A stretch of DNA of 64,000 bases from Candidatus Multivorans sp. (GTDB lineage: Bacteria; Acidobacteriota; Thermoanaerobaculia; Multivoradales; Multivoraceae), in NCBI GenBank assembly GCA_965247095.1, contig OZ251997.1, positions 4,096,001 to 4,160,000 on the forward strand, given 5' to 3'. The notes below the pieces were generated by a model. It had not been told where the DNA came from and did not search any database. It saw only the letters and a program-made list of their open reading frames with translations. Within the stretch, counting starts at the first letter, position 1, and each line of letters starts with the position of its first letter. Made by a program: the position numbers and the translations under genes. Below are positions 38,729 to 48,805 of the stretch, in pieces.

Positions 38729-39948
38729 AGGTAAGAACACCCCTCTCCGCCGCGGCCATGGAACCGGACGAGGGCGGCCGCTACGGCGTCTACGGCGGGC
38801 GCTACGCCCCCGAGACCCTGATGGCGCCGCTCGAGGAGCTGAGCCGCGCCTATGACCGGCTGCGGCGAAAGCGCGCCTTTCAGCGCCGGCTGAAGGACCT
38901 GCTGGAGCACTACGTCGGCCGCCCGACGCCGCTCTACTTCGCCGAGCGCCTGACCGAGCACCTCGGCGGCGCGCGCATCTACCTGAAGCGGGAAGACCTG
39001 CTCCACACCGGCGCGCACAAGATCAACAACGCCCTCGGCCAGGTGCTGCTGGCGAAGGAGATGGGCAAGACCCGGATCATCGCCGAGACCGGCGCCGGCC
39101 AGCATGGCGTTGCCACTGCCACGGCCGCCGCTCTCCTCGGTCTCGACTGCGTCGTCTACATGGGCGAGGAGGACATGCGTCGCCAGCGCCTGAACGTCTA
39201 CCGGATGCAGCTTCTGGGCGCGGAGGTGGCGCAGGTCGATGCCGGCAGCCGGACGCTCAAGGACGCGATCAACGAGGCGTTCCGGGACTGGGTGGCGAGC
39301 TTTGCCGACACCCACTACGTGCTCGGCACGGTCACCGGGCCGGCGCCCTATCCGCGGATGGTGCGGCAGTTCCACAGCGTGATCGGTGCCGAGGCGCGGC
39401 GCCAGTTGAAGCGGCAGACCGGCACCGCACATCCGGATGTCGCGATCGCCTGCGTCGGCGGCGGCAGCAACGCGATGGGCCTGTTCTCCGCATTCTTCGA
39501 CCGTCCCGACGTGCTGCTGGTCGGCGTCGAGGCCGGCGGGCGGGGACCGGATCTGGGAGATCACGCCGCGCGGTTCTCGGGGGGCACGCTCGGCGTGCTC
39601 CACGGCGCCCGCACGCTCGTGCTCCAGGACGAGGAGGGCCAGGTCGTCGGCACCCACTCCGTGTCCGCCGGGCTCGACTACCCGGCGGTCGGCCCCGAGC
39701 ACGTGTTCCTGCACGAGCACGGGCAGATCGAGTTCACGTCGGCCACCGACCAGGAGGCGATCGACGCCTTTCACCTGCTGTCGTCGATGGAGGGCATCCT
39801 GCCCGCGCTCGAATCGGCGCATGCCATCGCCGAGGTCATCCGCCGCGCGCCCGGGATGGGCGAGGACCAGATCATGCTCGTCAACCTCTCCGGCCGCGGC
39901 GACAAGGACGTGGAGTCGGTGCTTGAATACGACGGAGCGACCAAATGA
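38725..39948 (+). CDS. trpB: Tryptophan synthase beta chain
   Basis: [59 protein letters not shown]. Confidence 0.98.
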   Translation: MKVRTPLSAAAMEPDEGGRYGVYGGRYAPETLMAPLEELSRAYDRLRRKRAFQRRLKDLLEHYVGRPTPLYFAERLTEHLGGARIYLKREDLLHTGAHKINNALGQVLLAKEMGKTRIIAETGAGQHGVATATAAALLGLDCVVYMGEEDMRRQRLNVYRMQLLGAEVAQVDAGSRTLKDAINEAFRDWVASFADTHYVLGTVTGPAPYPRMVRQFHSVIGAEARRQLKRQTGTAHPDVAIACVGGGSNAMGLFSAFFDRPDVLLVGVEAGGRGPDLGDHAARFSGGTLGVLHGARTLVLQDEEGQVVGTHSVSAGLDYPAVGPEHVFLHEHGQIEFTSATDQEAIDAFHLLSSMEGILPALESAHAIAEVIRRAPGMGEDQIMLVNLSGRGDKDVESVLEYDGATK

Positions 39949-40775
39949 GCCTCCTGCGCAAGCGCCCATTGCGCGACGGTGCCATCGCGGCCGCGTTCGC
40001 CGGCTGCTCCAGGCAGAAGCGTGCCGCCTTCATTCCCTTCATCGTCGCCGGCGACCCCTCGCTCGAGGCGACGCCGGACCTGCTGCGCGCCCTGGTCGCC
40101 GGCGGCGCCGACGTGATCGAACTCGGGGTCGCCTTCAGCGATCCGATCGCCGACGGACCGACGATCCAGCGCGCTTCCCACCGCGCGCTCGACGCCGGTT
40201 CCTCGCTCAGCGCGGTGCTCGGGATCATCGAGCGCCATCGCGAGGAACTCGGCGTCCCGATCGTCCTGTTCACCTACTACAACCCCGTCCACGCCCGCGG
40301 TGTTGCGACGTTCGCCGCCCAGGCCGCCGACAGCGGGGTCGACGGCGTGCTTTGCGTCGATCTGCCGCCCGAGGAAGGCCTGCGCGAACTGCAGCCGGCG
40401 CTCGTGGAACGCGGCGTCGACTCGATCTACCTGATCGCCGCCACCAGCACGAAGGCGCGCATCGACCGGGCCGCGGCGGCATCGAACGGCTTCGTCTACT
40501 ACACAGCGCGCTCCGATGTCACGGGCGAGCGCGACGATCTGATCCCCACCCTGGCGCGGGAAGTGAAGCGGGTACGCCGGCGGGTCCGCCTGCCGGTCGC
40601 CGTCGGCTTCGGCATCTCGACCCCCGAGCAGGTCGAGGAAGTGGCCGCAGTCGCCCACGGCGTCGTCGTCGGCAGCTCTCTGGTGCGTCTGGTGGAGGAG
40701 AACGCCGCCGAACCGGATCTGGCGGCGAGGCTCGAACGCCGGGTCGGCGAGTTGACGGCGCCGCTGCGGCGCTGA
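39945..40775 (+). CDS. trpA: Tryptophan synthase alpha chain
   Basis: [39 protein letters not shown]. Confidence 0.97.
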   Translation: MSLLRKRPLRDGAIAAAFAGCSRQKRAAFIPFIVAGDPSLEATPDLLRALVAGGADVIELGVAFSDPIADGPTIQRASHRALDAGSSLSAVLGIIERHREELGVPIVLFTYYNPVHARGVATFAAQAADSGVDGVLCVDLPPEEGLRELQPALVERGVDSIYLIAATSTKARIDRAAAASNGFVYYTARSDVTGERDDLIPTLAREVKRVRRRVRLPVAVGFGISTPEQVEEVAAVAHGVVVGSSLVRLVEENAAEPDLAARLERRVGELTAPLRR

Positions 40776-40986
40776 CACCCGCCCCGCGGGGGGCGCGGCG
40801 CGGAGTAGCGCTGCCGTCCCGGTGTCCGCCGAGCGGAGAGCGGGCGACAATGTGGCAGATCTGGCCGGTCTTGGGAGAATCTGACCGAAATCCGCTAAAT
40901 GGCGGCCGGTCCTCTTCCGTATCTTGTCCCTAGAGTATTTGGCGGAGTCCACACCGCAACCACCACCTTGAGGGAGGGTACCGCTA

Positions 40987-41175
40987 TTGAACCTGTCGAT
41001 CACCGTCCTGGTCGGTGTACTTGCCACTCCGGCGGTCGGCCAAGTGGAAGAGGCGCGGCCGGGTTACGAACAGGTGGCAAGCCATCCTGGTCACCCCGGC
41101 GGCGTATCGATCCCGGTCTTCATCCTGGCCGGCATCAACGACTATGGCCAAGTGCAGACCGAGGATGACGAGTGA
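40987..41175 (+). CDS. Possible small secreted peptide or gene remnant
   Basis: GGAGG before TTG; signal-like N-terminus; GTGA overlap with a second signal-like ORF (41172-41444). Confidence 0.25.
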   Translation: MNLSITVLVGVLATPAVGQVEEARPGYEQVASHPGHPGGVSIPVFILAGINDYGQVQTEDDE

Positions 41176-41610
41176 ACGGCAGCAGCTCAAAGAAAGCACT
41201 GGCTGTGATCGCGGCGGCCTGCGCCATGCTGGCCGCGTCGGTTCGCGAGGCGGCGTCCGGTCGTCGTCCGAGTCGTTCCCGGCGCCGAGCCTGCGCGTTG
41301 CACCCGTCGAGCGGGACCGCGGTTGTGACAGCGCCGCCCGCAGCGGACCCGCAGCGTTTCCGGCGGACCGTTCGGTGCCATTACAGAGGAGGACAGCATG
41401 AACCCCTACATCCAGTCCTTGGACGTGGCGCGGGTGCAGAGTGATCTGCGTCGCGCCGCGCGTTTCAGCGTCGTGGTGCGCGTCTGGTCGCGGTGGGGCG
41501 ATCCGCTGCTGGCCCTGGACCGTGCGCGGGCATGAAGAAGCGTCGGAAGTCAACGGCGTCTGTAGCCTCGGCCTCGCGTATCCGGGCGAGGGGTAGAATG
41601 CCCGTGCTTC

Positions 41611-42726
41611 ATGGACGGGCGATCGTTTCCATGGCGGGCCAGACCGACTTGGCTCTGCTGGTCGGGCGGGAAGGAGTCCGCGTGGGCGCTCCGGGAGCTC
41701 CGGGCCGATCCGTCCTGCGATGTCCGCGGACTGATCGCACTGGTGAACGAGAAGAACGGCCGCGTCATCCTGCACGGCGTTCGGCACACGCTGCTTCAAT
41801 GGCAGGCCGAGGCGGTCGAGCTGGCGCTACGGCTCATTCCGCTGGATTGGACGTCCTCGGCGACCGAGCGGAACGCTGCCCTGGCCAGAGGGTTCGGCGA
41901 GCTGCGGACGGATGGCGCGCAGCGTGTCGCCTTTGGCGACCTGTTGTCTGTGCGCGGCCGCGACCGACGCCTGCTGGTCACTGCCGAATCGGAACTCGAA
42001 ACGGTCTTTCCGCTCTGGGGACGGGACACGTGCGACCACTCGGCAGACATTCTGGAGGCCGGTCTGTCGGCCTGGATTTGCTGCGTCGACACCGGCTGCA
42101 TACCGGCGGATTGCGTGGCGCGCCGTTTCGACGCGAACTTCGTGGCCCGTCTGCCCGACGGCGTCGACCCGTGCGGCGGGAACGACGAGTTCCACACCTT
42201 CGTGGAATGGGCGCCGGGCTGGAACCGTCGCGTGCGGGTCGAGCTGACCCGAGAGATCGAGGTCTACGACGGCGCCTTCGCGGAACTGGAACCGGCGCCG
42301 GCGCCCGAGGCCGCCGTCCGCGCCCAGCCCGGCGACGGAGTCGGGGAGGTTTGGGCGGGGGACGGCTCTCCGGCGCAGCCGGCCATCGACCCCTTCAGCC
42401 ATTTCGCGCGGCTCGACCGCGTGCGGCGGTATGTTGACGCCCATCTCGCCGGCGACCTGGGTGTCGACGTGGTCGCCAAGGTCGCGGCGATGTCGCCGAC
42501 GGGCTTTTCCCGGTACTTCCGGGAGCACGTGCGGATGACCTTCACGTCCTGGTTGGTCCACCGGCGGGTCGAGCACGCATGCCTGCTGCTGCGGGAGCGC
42601 AACATCGCGGTGAGCCGGATCGGGGAAGCCGCCGGTTTCCACAGCGAGCGGACGTTTCGCCGGGCCTTTCACGAACAGATGGATTGCAGCCCCTCGGCGT
42701 ACAGGAAGCGGTCGCTCGAGGAGTAG
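41611..42726 (+). CDS. Dph6/MJ0570-type PP-loop ATPase domain fused to an AraC helix-turn-helix domain
   Basis: WSGGKESAW, AFGDL, FPLWG, DPCGGNDEFHTFV; C-terminal VAAMSPTGFSRYFRE...RVEHACLLL...AGFHSERTFRRAFHEQMDCSPSAYR. Confidence 0.85.
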   Translation: MDGRSFPWRARPTWLCWSGGKESAWALRELRADPSCDVRGLIALVNEKNGRVILHGVRHTLLQWQAEAVELALRLIPLDWTSSATERNAALARGFGELRTDGAQRVAFGDLLSVRGRDRRLLVTAESELETVFPLWGRDTCDHSADILEAGLSAWICCVDTGCIPADCVARRFDANFVARLPDGVDPCGGNDEFHTFVEWAPGWNRRVRVELTREIEVYDGAFAELEPAPAPEAAVRAQPGDGVGEVWAGDGSPAQPAIDPFSHFARLDRVRRYVDAHLAGDLGVDVVAKVAAMSPTGFSRYFREHVRMTFTSWLVHRRVEHACLLLRERNIAVSRIGEAAGFHSERTFRRAFHEQMDCSPSAYRKRSLEE

Positions 42727-42792
42727 GCGGTGGACGCCGTGGCGCCCACCTTCGTGCCAGTCAATAGACTGGCCGGGAGGGACTCGGAGGGA

Positions 42793-45153
42793 ATGGGACG
42801 ACGAACCGAAGGCCGCGGGGCTACAGTGACGCTGGGCCCCCGTTTCGGCTGGTGGCGGATGATGTCGCTGGCATTCCTGATCTTGGTGGCGGTCGTAGCC
42901 GCGCCGCTGCAACCCACCGCCCAGGCCCAGCCGCCGGACGAGGTCGAACTCACCGTCCACGTTGACGCGATCGCGTCGCGCGAAGAAGCGCCGTCCGGCG
43001 ACGTAACAATCGAATTCACCGAAGCCTCGACCCGCGAACCGGTGGCGTCCTACGTTGTCGAGGCTTCTTCGGACGAGCAGACCCTCCAGGTCACCGTGCC
43101 GGTGCTCGAGTCGCGCTCCGGCTGGTTCGCTTCCGCGCGGTCAGAGCGTTGGTGGAGTTCGACGGAGTACATCCCCCCGGACGCCCGGGAGGTGTCGCTA
43201 ACGCTGGTGCCCGAAGGCGTGGTGCGATTCGCCATCGACGGCACGGACAAGGGAGTCGATCTCCTCGAGACAGGCCAGGTCTGGATCGGCGGCCGGGTCG
43301 GCAGTCGCGGTGTGCGCCTCGAGCGACGAACCTACGGCGGGCCCTGCGAGGTGGACCGGGAGCCGGACCGGCGGGAGGTGCTGATCGCCTGCCCGTTCGC
43401 CCGGGACGAAACGGTCGACCTGCGCGTCCGGTTGGGCCTGTTCCTGCCACTACTGCGGTCTGATGTGACCGTCACGGCCGACACCGATCTGGGCCTGATC
43501 GAGCCGGTCCGGGGCGCGGTTGTGACGGGCAGCGTGGCTTCGGCCGACGGCTCGAGCCACCAGCTCGCCCTGATTCAGCGACACGCGCCGCTGGCATTCG
43601 GCTGGTCCGGCTGGACGGATCCCGGAGGCGTTTTCGTCTTCGAGGGGCTTGCGCCGGGCGCCTATGAACTCCGGATTCGCGCTTCCGATGGCGACAGTTG
43701 GCCGGCGCGCGTCGAGTCGTTGTCGGACCACATCGACCTGGGACCACTCGTGTCGGCGGCCGCGAATCTCCTTGCCGTTTCCTTCGTGTCGCCGAGCGCC
43801 TTCGAGATCGGCGGCTTGAAGCCGAGGGTTGTAGCTGCGACGCTGGGGCCGGACGGTGACGTGGAGGCTCGCGGACGGAGGTTCGAGGCGGAGGAACGGG
43901 GAACGGATGGCGCCTTTGTCTGGCGAGGCCTAGCCGTCGGCGACTATGAGGTATGGGTCGAGGACAACCGCGGCAATCGCTGGCACAGGGAGGTCGTTCA
44001 TTTCTTCGGGCACGATCGCTTCTACCTCGAACTTGACGCGGTGCCGCTCGTCGGGCGGATTGAGCGCGGCGGGGTGCCTCTGGAGAACGTGATGGTCTGG
44101 TTCGGCGGCCTTTGGGGCATAGATCGGGTGTCCTTCCGCAGTCGCGAAGAGGGCCGCTTCAGTGGCTTGCTGCCGAGAGAGGGTGATTGGCCGGTAGCAG
44201 TGACTCCGGTGCCCGCCTGCGATCCGTGCGAGGGCGACTGGAACACGAACGACTGGGAAGGCTTCGACAGCAGCGAGGTGAATGGCGCCGGCACCTTTGA
44301 GATCGAGGCGGATTCCGACGGCGTTGCGCGTGTCGACATCGATCTCCCGGGGAGCGTGGTCGGCGGCCGGGTGGTGAGGCGGATGGTCGAGAGCGGCGCC
44401 CTCGAGCCCGTGGAAGGCGCTCGCGTGTGGATATACGCCGTTGCGGAAGTGGCCGGCGAGCGGCACAACTTTCGGCTGCCCAACGAATGGCGTCGAAGAA
44501 CCGACGCCGACGGGGCCTTCGAGGTCACCGGTCTGCCGGAGTGGGAGTACAGCATCTACGCCCAGGGCTGGGTGGATGACCGCGAACTTCAGTCGCGGGA
44601 GTTGCAGCTTCAGTTGGCGAGCGACGACCGGATCGAGGATCTCGAGCTTCGTCTGGACGACTTGCGGCCCGTGTCCATCGTGGTCCGTTCAGGCGGTGTT
44701 CCTGTGTCCGGCGCGCAAACGTTTGTGCTTTTTCCGGCCGGTACACCAAGCGTCGACTCGAACAGCTACACAGACAGTTCGGGCGTCGCTTCGCACTGGC
44801 TGCCGATGGAGGCGGAGGTGATCGATGTCGTTGTCCGGCTCGAAGGCCTCGGGATGATCGGCTGGCGGTTTGAGGTTCGGGATGAAGCGCCGTTGGAGGT
44901 GGAGATGTCCCCGGATCGCGGTGATCTCCGCGTGCCGGACTCGTGGAAGGCCTGGCTGGTCACGCCGGGCGGGGTCTCGGTCAGAGTCGGGCGCACACTC
45001 GCGGCCGTGGCTGACCGAGGTCAGATTCGGACCGATGGAGACGAGTTCGTTGTAAGGGATCTGGCCCCGGGTACCTACTCGTACTGCTTGCCGGGCGGTG
45101 TCTGCAGCACGGTAGACGTCGTGCCCTGGGCCGAGAGCAGGGTGCGGGAGTAG
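42793..45153 (+). CDS. Secreted protein with repeated carboxypeptidase-regulatory-like (beta-sandwich) domains
   Basis: GGAGG RBS, signal peptide; repeated TD.xG.F...GL.xG.Y motifs. Confidence 0.75.
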   Translation: MGRRTEGRGATVTLGPRFGWWRMMSLAFLILVAVVAAPLQPTAQAQPPDEVELTVHVDAIASREEAPSGDVTIEFTEASTREPVASYVVEASSDEQTLQVTVPVLESRSGWFASARSERWWSSTEYIPPDAREVSLTLVPEGVVRFAIDGTDKGVDLLETGQVWIGGRVGSRGVRLERRTYGGPCEVDREPDRREVLIACPFARDETVDLRVRLGLFLPLLRSDVTVTADTDLGLIEPVRGAVVTGSVASADGSSHQLALIQRHAPLAFGWSGWTDPGGVFVFEGLAPGAYELRIRASDGDSWPARVESLSDHIDLGPLVSAAANLLAVSFVSPSAFEIGGLKPRVVAATLGPDGDVEARGRRFEAEERGTDGAFVWRGLAVGDYEVWVEDNRGNRWHREVVHFFGHDRFYLELDAVPLVGRIERGGVPLENVMVWFGGLWGIDRVSFRSREEGRFSGLLPREGDWPVAVTPVPACDPCEGDWNTNDWEGFDSSEVNGAGTFEIEADSDGVARVDIDLPGSVVGGRVVRRMVESGALEPVEGARVWIYAVAEVAGERHNFRLPNEWRRRTDADGAFEVTGLPEWEYSIYAQGWVDDRELQSRELQLQLASDDRIEDLELRLDDLRPVSIVVRSGGVPVSGAQTFVLFPAGTPSVDSNSYTDSSGVASHWLPMEAEVIDVVVRLEGLGMIGWRFEVRDEAPLEVEMSPDRGDLRVPDSWKAWLVTPGGVSVRVGRTLAAVADRGQIRTDGDEFVVRDLAPGTYSYCLPGGVCSTVDVVPWAESRVRE

Positions 45154-45174
45154 CGGTTCCGCGACAGAGGAGAT

Positions 45175-46944
45175 TCAGTTCGCCGCCGCGCCAGCTTCCG
45201 GAGTCGGCACCGTCACCGGCTGGCGAACCAGCGACATCACCCCCGTCGTCTCGTCCCGGACACCGACGGCGACCTGGTACCCGCCCTCGGGCAGGTTCAT
45301 CGCGACTTCGACGCGGTAGTGGCCGTCCACGGCCGAAACACCGGTTTCGCCGCCGACGGCGATCGTCTTCTGGCGGACGGCGCTACGGGCGCCCTTCTCG
45401 TCCTCGACGGCGACGAGCCAGAGCCGGAGCTGAGCGGTCGCGTTTCGCTCCTCGCCGTTCTTGCCCGGCAGCGTCACGATCGCCTCCGCCGGCACGCTGA
45501 CGCCGACGGTCAATTCATGGACCTTCTCCTCGAGCGGCGTGGTGCCGCCGAAGTCGACACGCGCTCCGAGCGGGTTCTCCGAATTGCCGAGGTAGGCGAC
45601 GGACAGCAGCCGCTCGGCGAGCCGCTCGTCCAGCGACTTGTCCCGGTAGGTGCGGCGGTACTCGATCCTCCGCCCCTTGTCGGCGTCGGGCGCCAGTTGG
45701 ACGGAGATCTGCCTTACCCGGCCCGGCTTGCGTTCCTCGGAGACGAAACCGAGAGAATACGAGGCGGCGAGTTCTTCGGTCATGTCGTCGAGGAGGATCG
45801 ACAGATCGTTCGCGTTGATCAGGGCCTTGCCGCCGGTTTCGTTGGCCAGCAGGTGCAGCCCGCTCTGCGCGTTCATCGAGTAGAGGCTGACGTTCTGGAA
45901 ACTCGGCGCTCGATTCGGATTGTCGAGCGAGATGCCGGGAGCGGAACTGCGAAGGCCGGCGGCATCCAGGCCGTAGAACGTGACCCGGTTCGCGTTGGCA
46001 TGAGCGGAGATGCGGTTGAACCGGCTGCTCTCGTCGTACTGCACCATCTCGGCCATCGCTTCCGAGGGCGCGCTGGGCCGCTCGGACGCGCATAGTTGGT
46101 TGCCGAGGTAGTCGAGGACGGAGATCCCCGGCCGTTGCGGCAGCCCGTCCGTGATGTGCACGACCGTCTTCTTGCCCGGCACGCCGGCAAGGGTCGTCAC
46201 CAGATCGGCAAGACCGTCCACCGCGATCGCCGTGTTCGTCGCCTGGTTGTCCGCGTACTGCCTGGCCAGCGACAGCAACTCACCCCAGTTGTCCTCGCAG
46301 GGTCGGCAGAACGGAGCCGTCTCGCAGAACTCCTGACTGTCGATCATGCTCCTGATCGCGAACCGTCGGGCGCCGCCGCCGTTCTGGAGCGCGCGCGGCG
46401 ACCCTTTCGGCACGGTGGCGGCCCCTTCCAGGATCGTGTCCAGGTCGCGGGTCGGCGGTACGAGCACTTCGAGCCGGTGGTCGAACCGCGCGAGCATGAA
46501 GCGCGCGTCCATCGACCGCCACGGTTCGACCGCGGCCTCCAGACGTCGCAGCAAGCGGGTGCGGTGAGATGGGAAGATGTTCGGGTCATCCAGGTAGAAG
46601 ACGACGGTGAGCGGGCCTTCGTCCGTGGCGCCGGCCGTGGCCTCGCTGCGGACGACAGCGCGTTCTTTGTTGGGCCGGCCTGCCCGTTCCTCTACGTAGA
46701 TCGCCGACACGAAGAAGTTCGAGATCTCGACCGGCCGGCCGTCCACGTGCAGCTCAAAGTCCTCGCGCTTCAGATCCTTGACCGGACGGCCCTTCTTGTC
46801 CGTGACGACGACATCGACCTCGACCACCTGGACATCGACGGAGTCGACGAAGGGTTGATCGGTTTGCGCGCCAAGCGCGCCGACGCCGGCGATGGCGGCG
46901 ATCAGAGTCGCTGCGGGAGCGAACGTTCGCCTGCAGCTCGTCAT
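45175..46944 (-). CDS. VWA domain-containing protein (VWFA-related acidobacterial family)
   Basis: VDVQVVEVDVVVTDKKGRPVKDL, GKKTVVHITDG, LANETGGKA, YSLGF, GVRDE. Confidence 0.88.
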   Translation of the reverse strand: MTSCRRTFAPAATLIAAIAGVGALGAQTDQPFVDSVDVQVVEVDVVVTDKKGRPVKDLKREDFELHVDGRPVEISNFFVSAIYVEERAGRPNKERAVVRSEATAGATDEGPLTVVFYLDDPNIFPSHRTRLLRRLEAAVEPWRSMDARFMLARFDHRLEVLVPPTRDLDTILEGAATVPKGSPRALQNGGGARRFAIRSMIDSQEFCETAPFCRPCEDNWGELLSLARQYADNQATNTAIAVDGLADLVTTLAGVPGKKTVVHITDGLPQRPGISVLDYLGNQLCASERPSAPSEAMAEMVQYDESSRFNRISAHANANRVTFYGLDAAGLRSSAPGISLDNPNRAPSFQNVSLYSMNAQSGLHLLANETGGKALINANDLSILLDDMTEELAASYSLGFVSEERKPGRVRQISVQLAPDADKGRRIEYRRTYRDKSLDERLAERLLSVAYLGNSENPLGARVDFGGTTPLEEKVHELTVGVSVPAEAIVTLPGKNGEERNATAQLRLWLVAVEDEKGARSAVRQKTIAVGGETGVSAVDGHYRVEVAMNLPEGGYQVAVGVRDETTGVMSLVRQPVTVPTPEAGAAAN

Positions 46945-48680
46945 CGCGACCGCGCCCGGGCCGCACCGTGAGGCTGGCGCGGTACGGTGACGGACTCGCG
47001 GATCAGCGACATCTCCCCGGTCGTCTCATCCCGGACCCCGACAACGACCTGGTAGTCGTTTTCGGGCAGGCTCAGGGCCACTTCGAAGCTGTAGACGCCG
47101 TCGCTCGCGGCGACATTGCTGGAATCGCCCACCTCAACCGTCATCTGACGTACGGGGGTGCGACCGCCCCTCTTCTCCTCCACCGCCAGCAGCAGCAGGC
47201 GGAGCACGCCACTCGGGTCGCCGCTGCCAGGGCGCATCAGGATCGCCTCTTCGGGGACGAAGATGCTGACGGGAAGTCGATGCACCTTCTTCTCCCGCGG
47301 GGTCGTCTCGCCCAAGTCGACGCTCACGCCCAGCGGATTGGAGGAGTTGCCAAGGTAGGCCACGGACATCAGTTGTTCAGCCAGTTGCTCGTCGGAGGTC
47401 TTGTCACGGTAGGACCGGCGGTACTCCACCCTGAGGCCCTTGGCGGCGTCCGGAGCGAGTTCGACCTTCAAACGGCGTACTTCGCCCAGCTTCCTCTCGT
47501 CGGGGACGAAACCCAGGGAGTAGGAGGAGGCGAGTTGATCGGCCACGTCTTCGAACAGGACGGCCATGTCGTTCGAGTTGAGAAGAGCCTTGCCGCCGGT
47601 CTCGGAGGCGAGTTGATGCAGGCCGCCCTGGACGTTCGTCCAGTGCAGACGGTCGTTGGAGAATGACGGGGCGCCGCCGTCGAAGGCCATGGACTGGCTG
47701 AGACCGGTTCGAATACCGGCGGCGTCCAGCATGAAGAACGTGACGCGGTTCGCGTTCGCGTGCGCCGAGATGCGCTGGAATCGGTTGCTCTCGTCGTACT
47801 GCTGCGCTTCCGAGTTGGCTTCGCTGACGATTCCTGGGGCGTTCGGGCACAGGTCTTCGGCGATGTACATGAAGACCGACAGCCCGGGCTGCTGTGGCAG
47901 TCCGTCGCTCACGTACACGATCGCCTTCTTCCCGGGGATTCCGGCCAGGGTGCTGGTCAGGTCGGCAAGACCGTCGGCCGCTATGGCGGCGCGGGTCCCC
48001 TGCTCGTTCGCGTGCATGCCAGCCAGCGCGAGGAGTTGGCCGACGTTCTGGCAGCCACGGTTGTTCCGGTTCAGATCCTGAATCACCATCTGTCTGGAGC
48101 GTTGGTTCCGAATTGCCCGGGCGAGTCCCTTCGGGCGGTTTGCCGCCGCCTCCAGGATCGCGTCTAGATCCCGCGTCGGCGGCACGACGACCTCCAACCG
48201 GTTGACAAAGCGCGCCATCATGAACCGGGCGTTCATCGACCGCCAGGATTCGACGGCGGACTTCAGGCGCCTCAGCAGCCGCGTGCGATAGGGAGGGAAG
48301 AGGTTCGCATCGTCCATGTAGAGGACGATCGTGAGCGGGACAGGATCGTCCCCGTAGCCGGTCGCTGCAGGCGTTGCCTCGGCTGTCGGCGTATTGCTCC
48401 GATCGGTGGGCTGGGCCGGCTCCGTGAGAATCTCCGACTCGAAGAAGTTCGAGATCTCGACCGGCCGGCCGTCCACGTACAGCTCAAAGTCCTCGCGCTT
48501 CAGATCCTTGACCGGACGGCCCTTCTTGTCGGTGACGACGACATCGACCTCGACCACCTGGACATCGACGGAGTCGATGAAGGTCTGACTCGGCTGGGCC
48601 GAAAGTGTGGCCGAGCCGGCAAGGCTCAGCAACAGGGCCAGGACCAGAGCGGATCCGCGATTGTGGTCAGTGAGTGTCAC
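46941..48680 (-). CDS. VWA domain-containing protein, tandem paralogue
   Basis: Same motifs: GKKAIVYVSDG, LASETGGKA, YSLGF, GVRDETTG. Confidence 0.88.
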   Translation of the reverse strand: MTLTDHNRGSALVLALLLSLAGSATLSAQPSQTFIDSVDVQVVEVDVVVTDKKGRPVKDLKREDFELYVDGRPVEISNFFESEILTEPAQPTDRSNTPTAEATPAATGYGDDPVPLTIVLYMDDANLFPPYRTRLLRRLKSAVESWRSMNARFMMARFVNRLEVVVPPTRDLDAILEAAANRPKGLARAIRNQRSRQMVIQDLNRNNRGCQNVGQLLALAGMHANEQGTRAAIAADGLADLTSTLAGIPGKKAIVYVSDGLPQQPGLSVFMYIAEDLCPNAPGIVSEANSEAQQYDESNRFQRISAHANANRVTFFMLDAAGIRTGLSQSMAFDGGAPSFSNDRLHWTNVQGGLHQLASETGGKALLNSNDMAVLFEDVADQLASSYSLGFVPDERKLGEVRRLKVELAPDAAKGLRVEYRRSYRDKTSDEQLAEQLMSVAYLGNSSNPLGVSVDLGETTPREKKVHRLPVSIFVPEEAILMRPGSGDPSGVLRLLLLAVEEKRGGRTPVRQMTVEVGDSSNVAASDGVYSFEVALSLPENDYQVVVGVRDETTGEMSLIRESVTVPRQPHGAARARSR

Positions 48681-48805
48681 CGTCTTACGTCCTGCGCCCC
48701 TGTCGGAGCGGGTCGGTCGAGCTTGACACCAGAATGAAGCGCAACTTCCGTGCCAGGTGGCGCGACCAGCTACTACGATACAGGCTTGTCCCAGAGCCCC
48801 TGCAG

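Noticed and set aside
40970-40986. T-box-like string GAGGGAGGGTACCGC
   Set aside because: Lacks the UGGN antiterminator bulge, has no stem I or terminator, and lies downstream of the operon; better explained as an SD. No T-box motif was seen in the real leader either.
22720-45153. Whole his-trp operon as a recently acquired island flanked by atypical DNA
   Set aside because: Operon codon style matches the housekeeping genes, it carries the resident repeat family, and no att-like direct repeats were found by eye.
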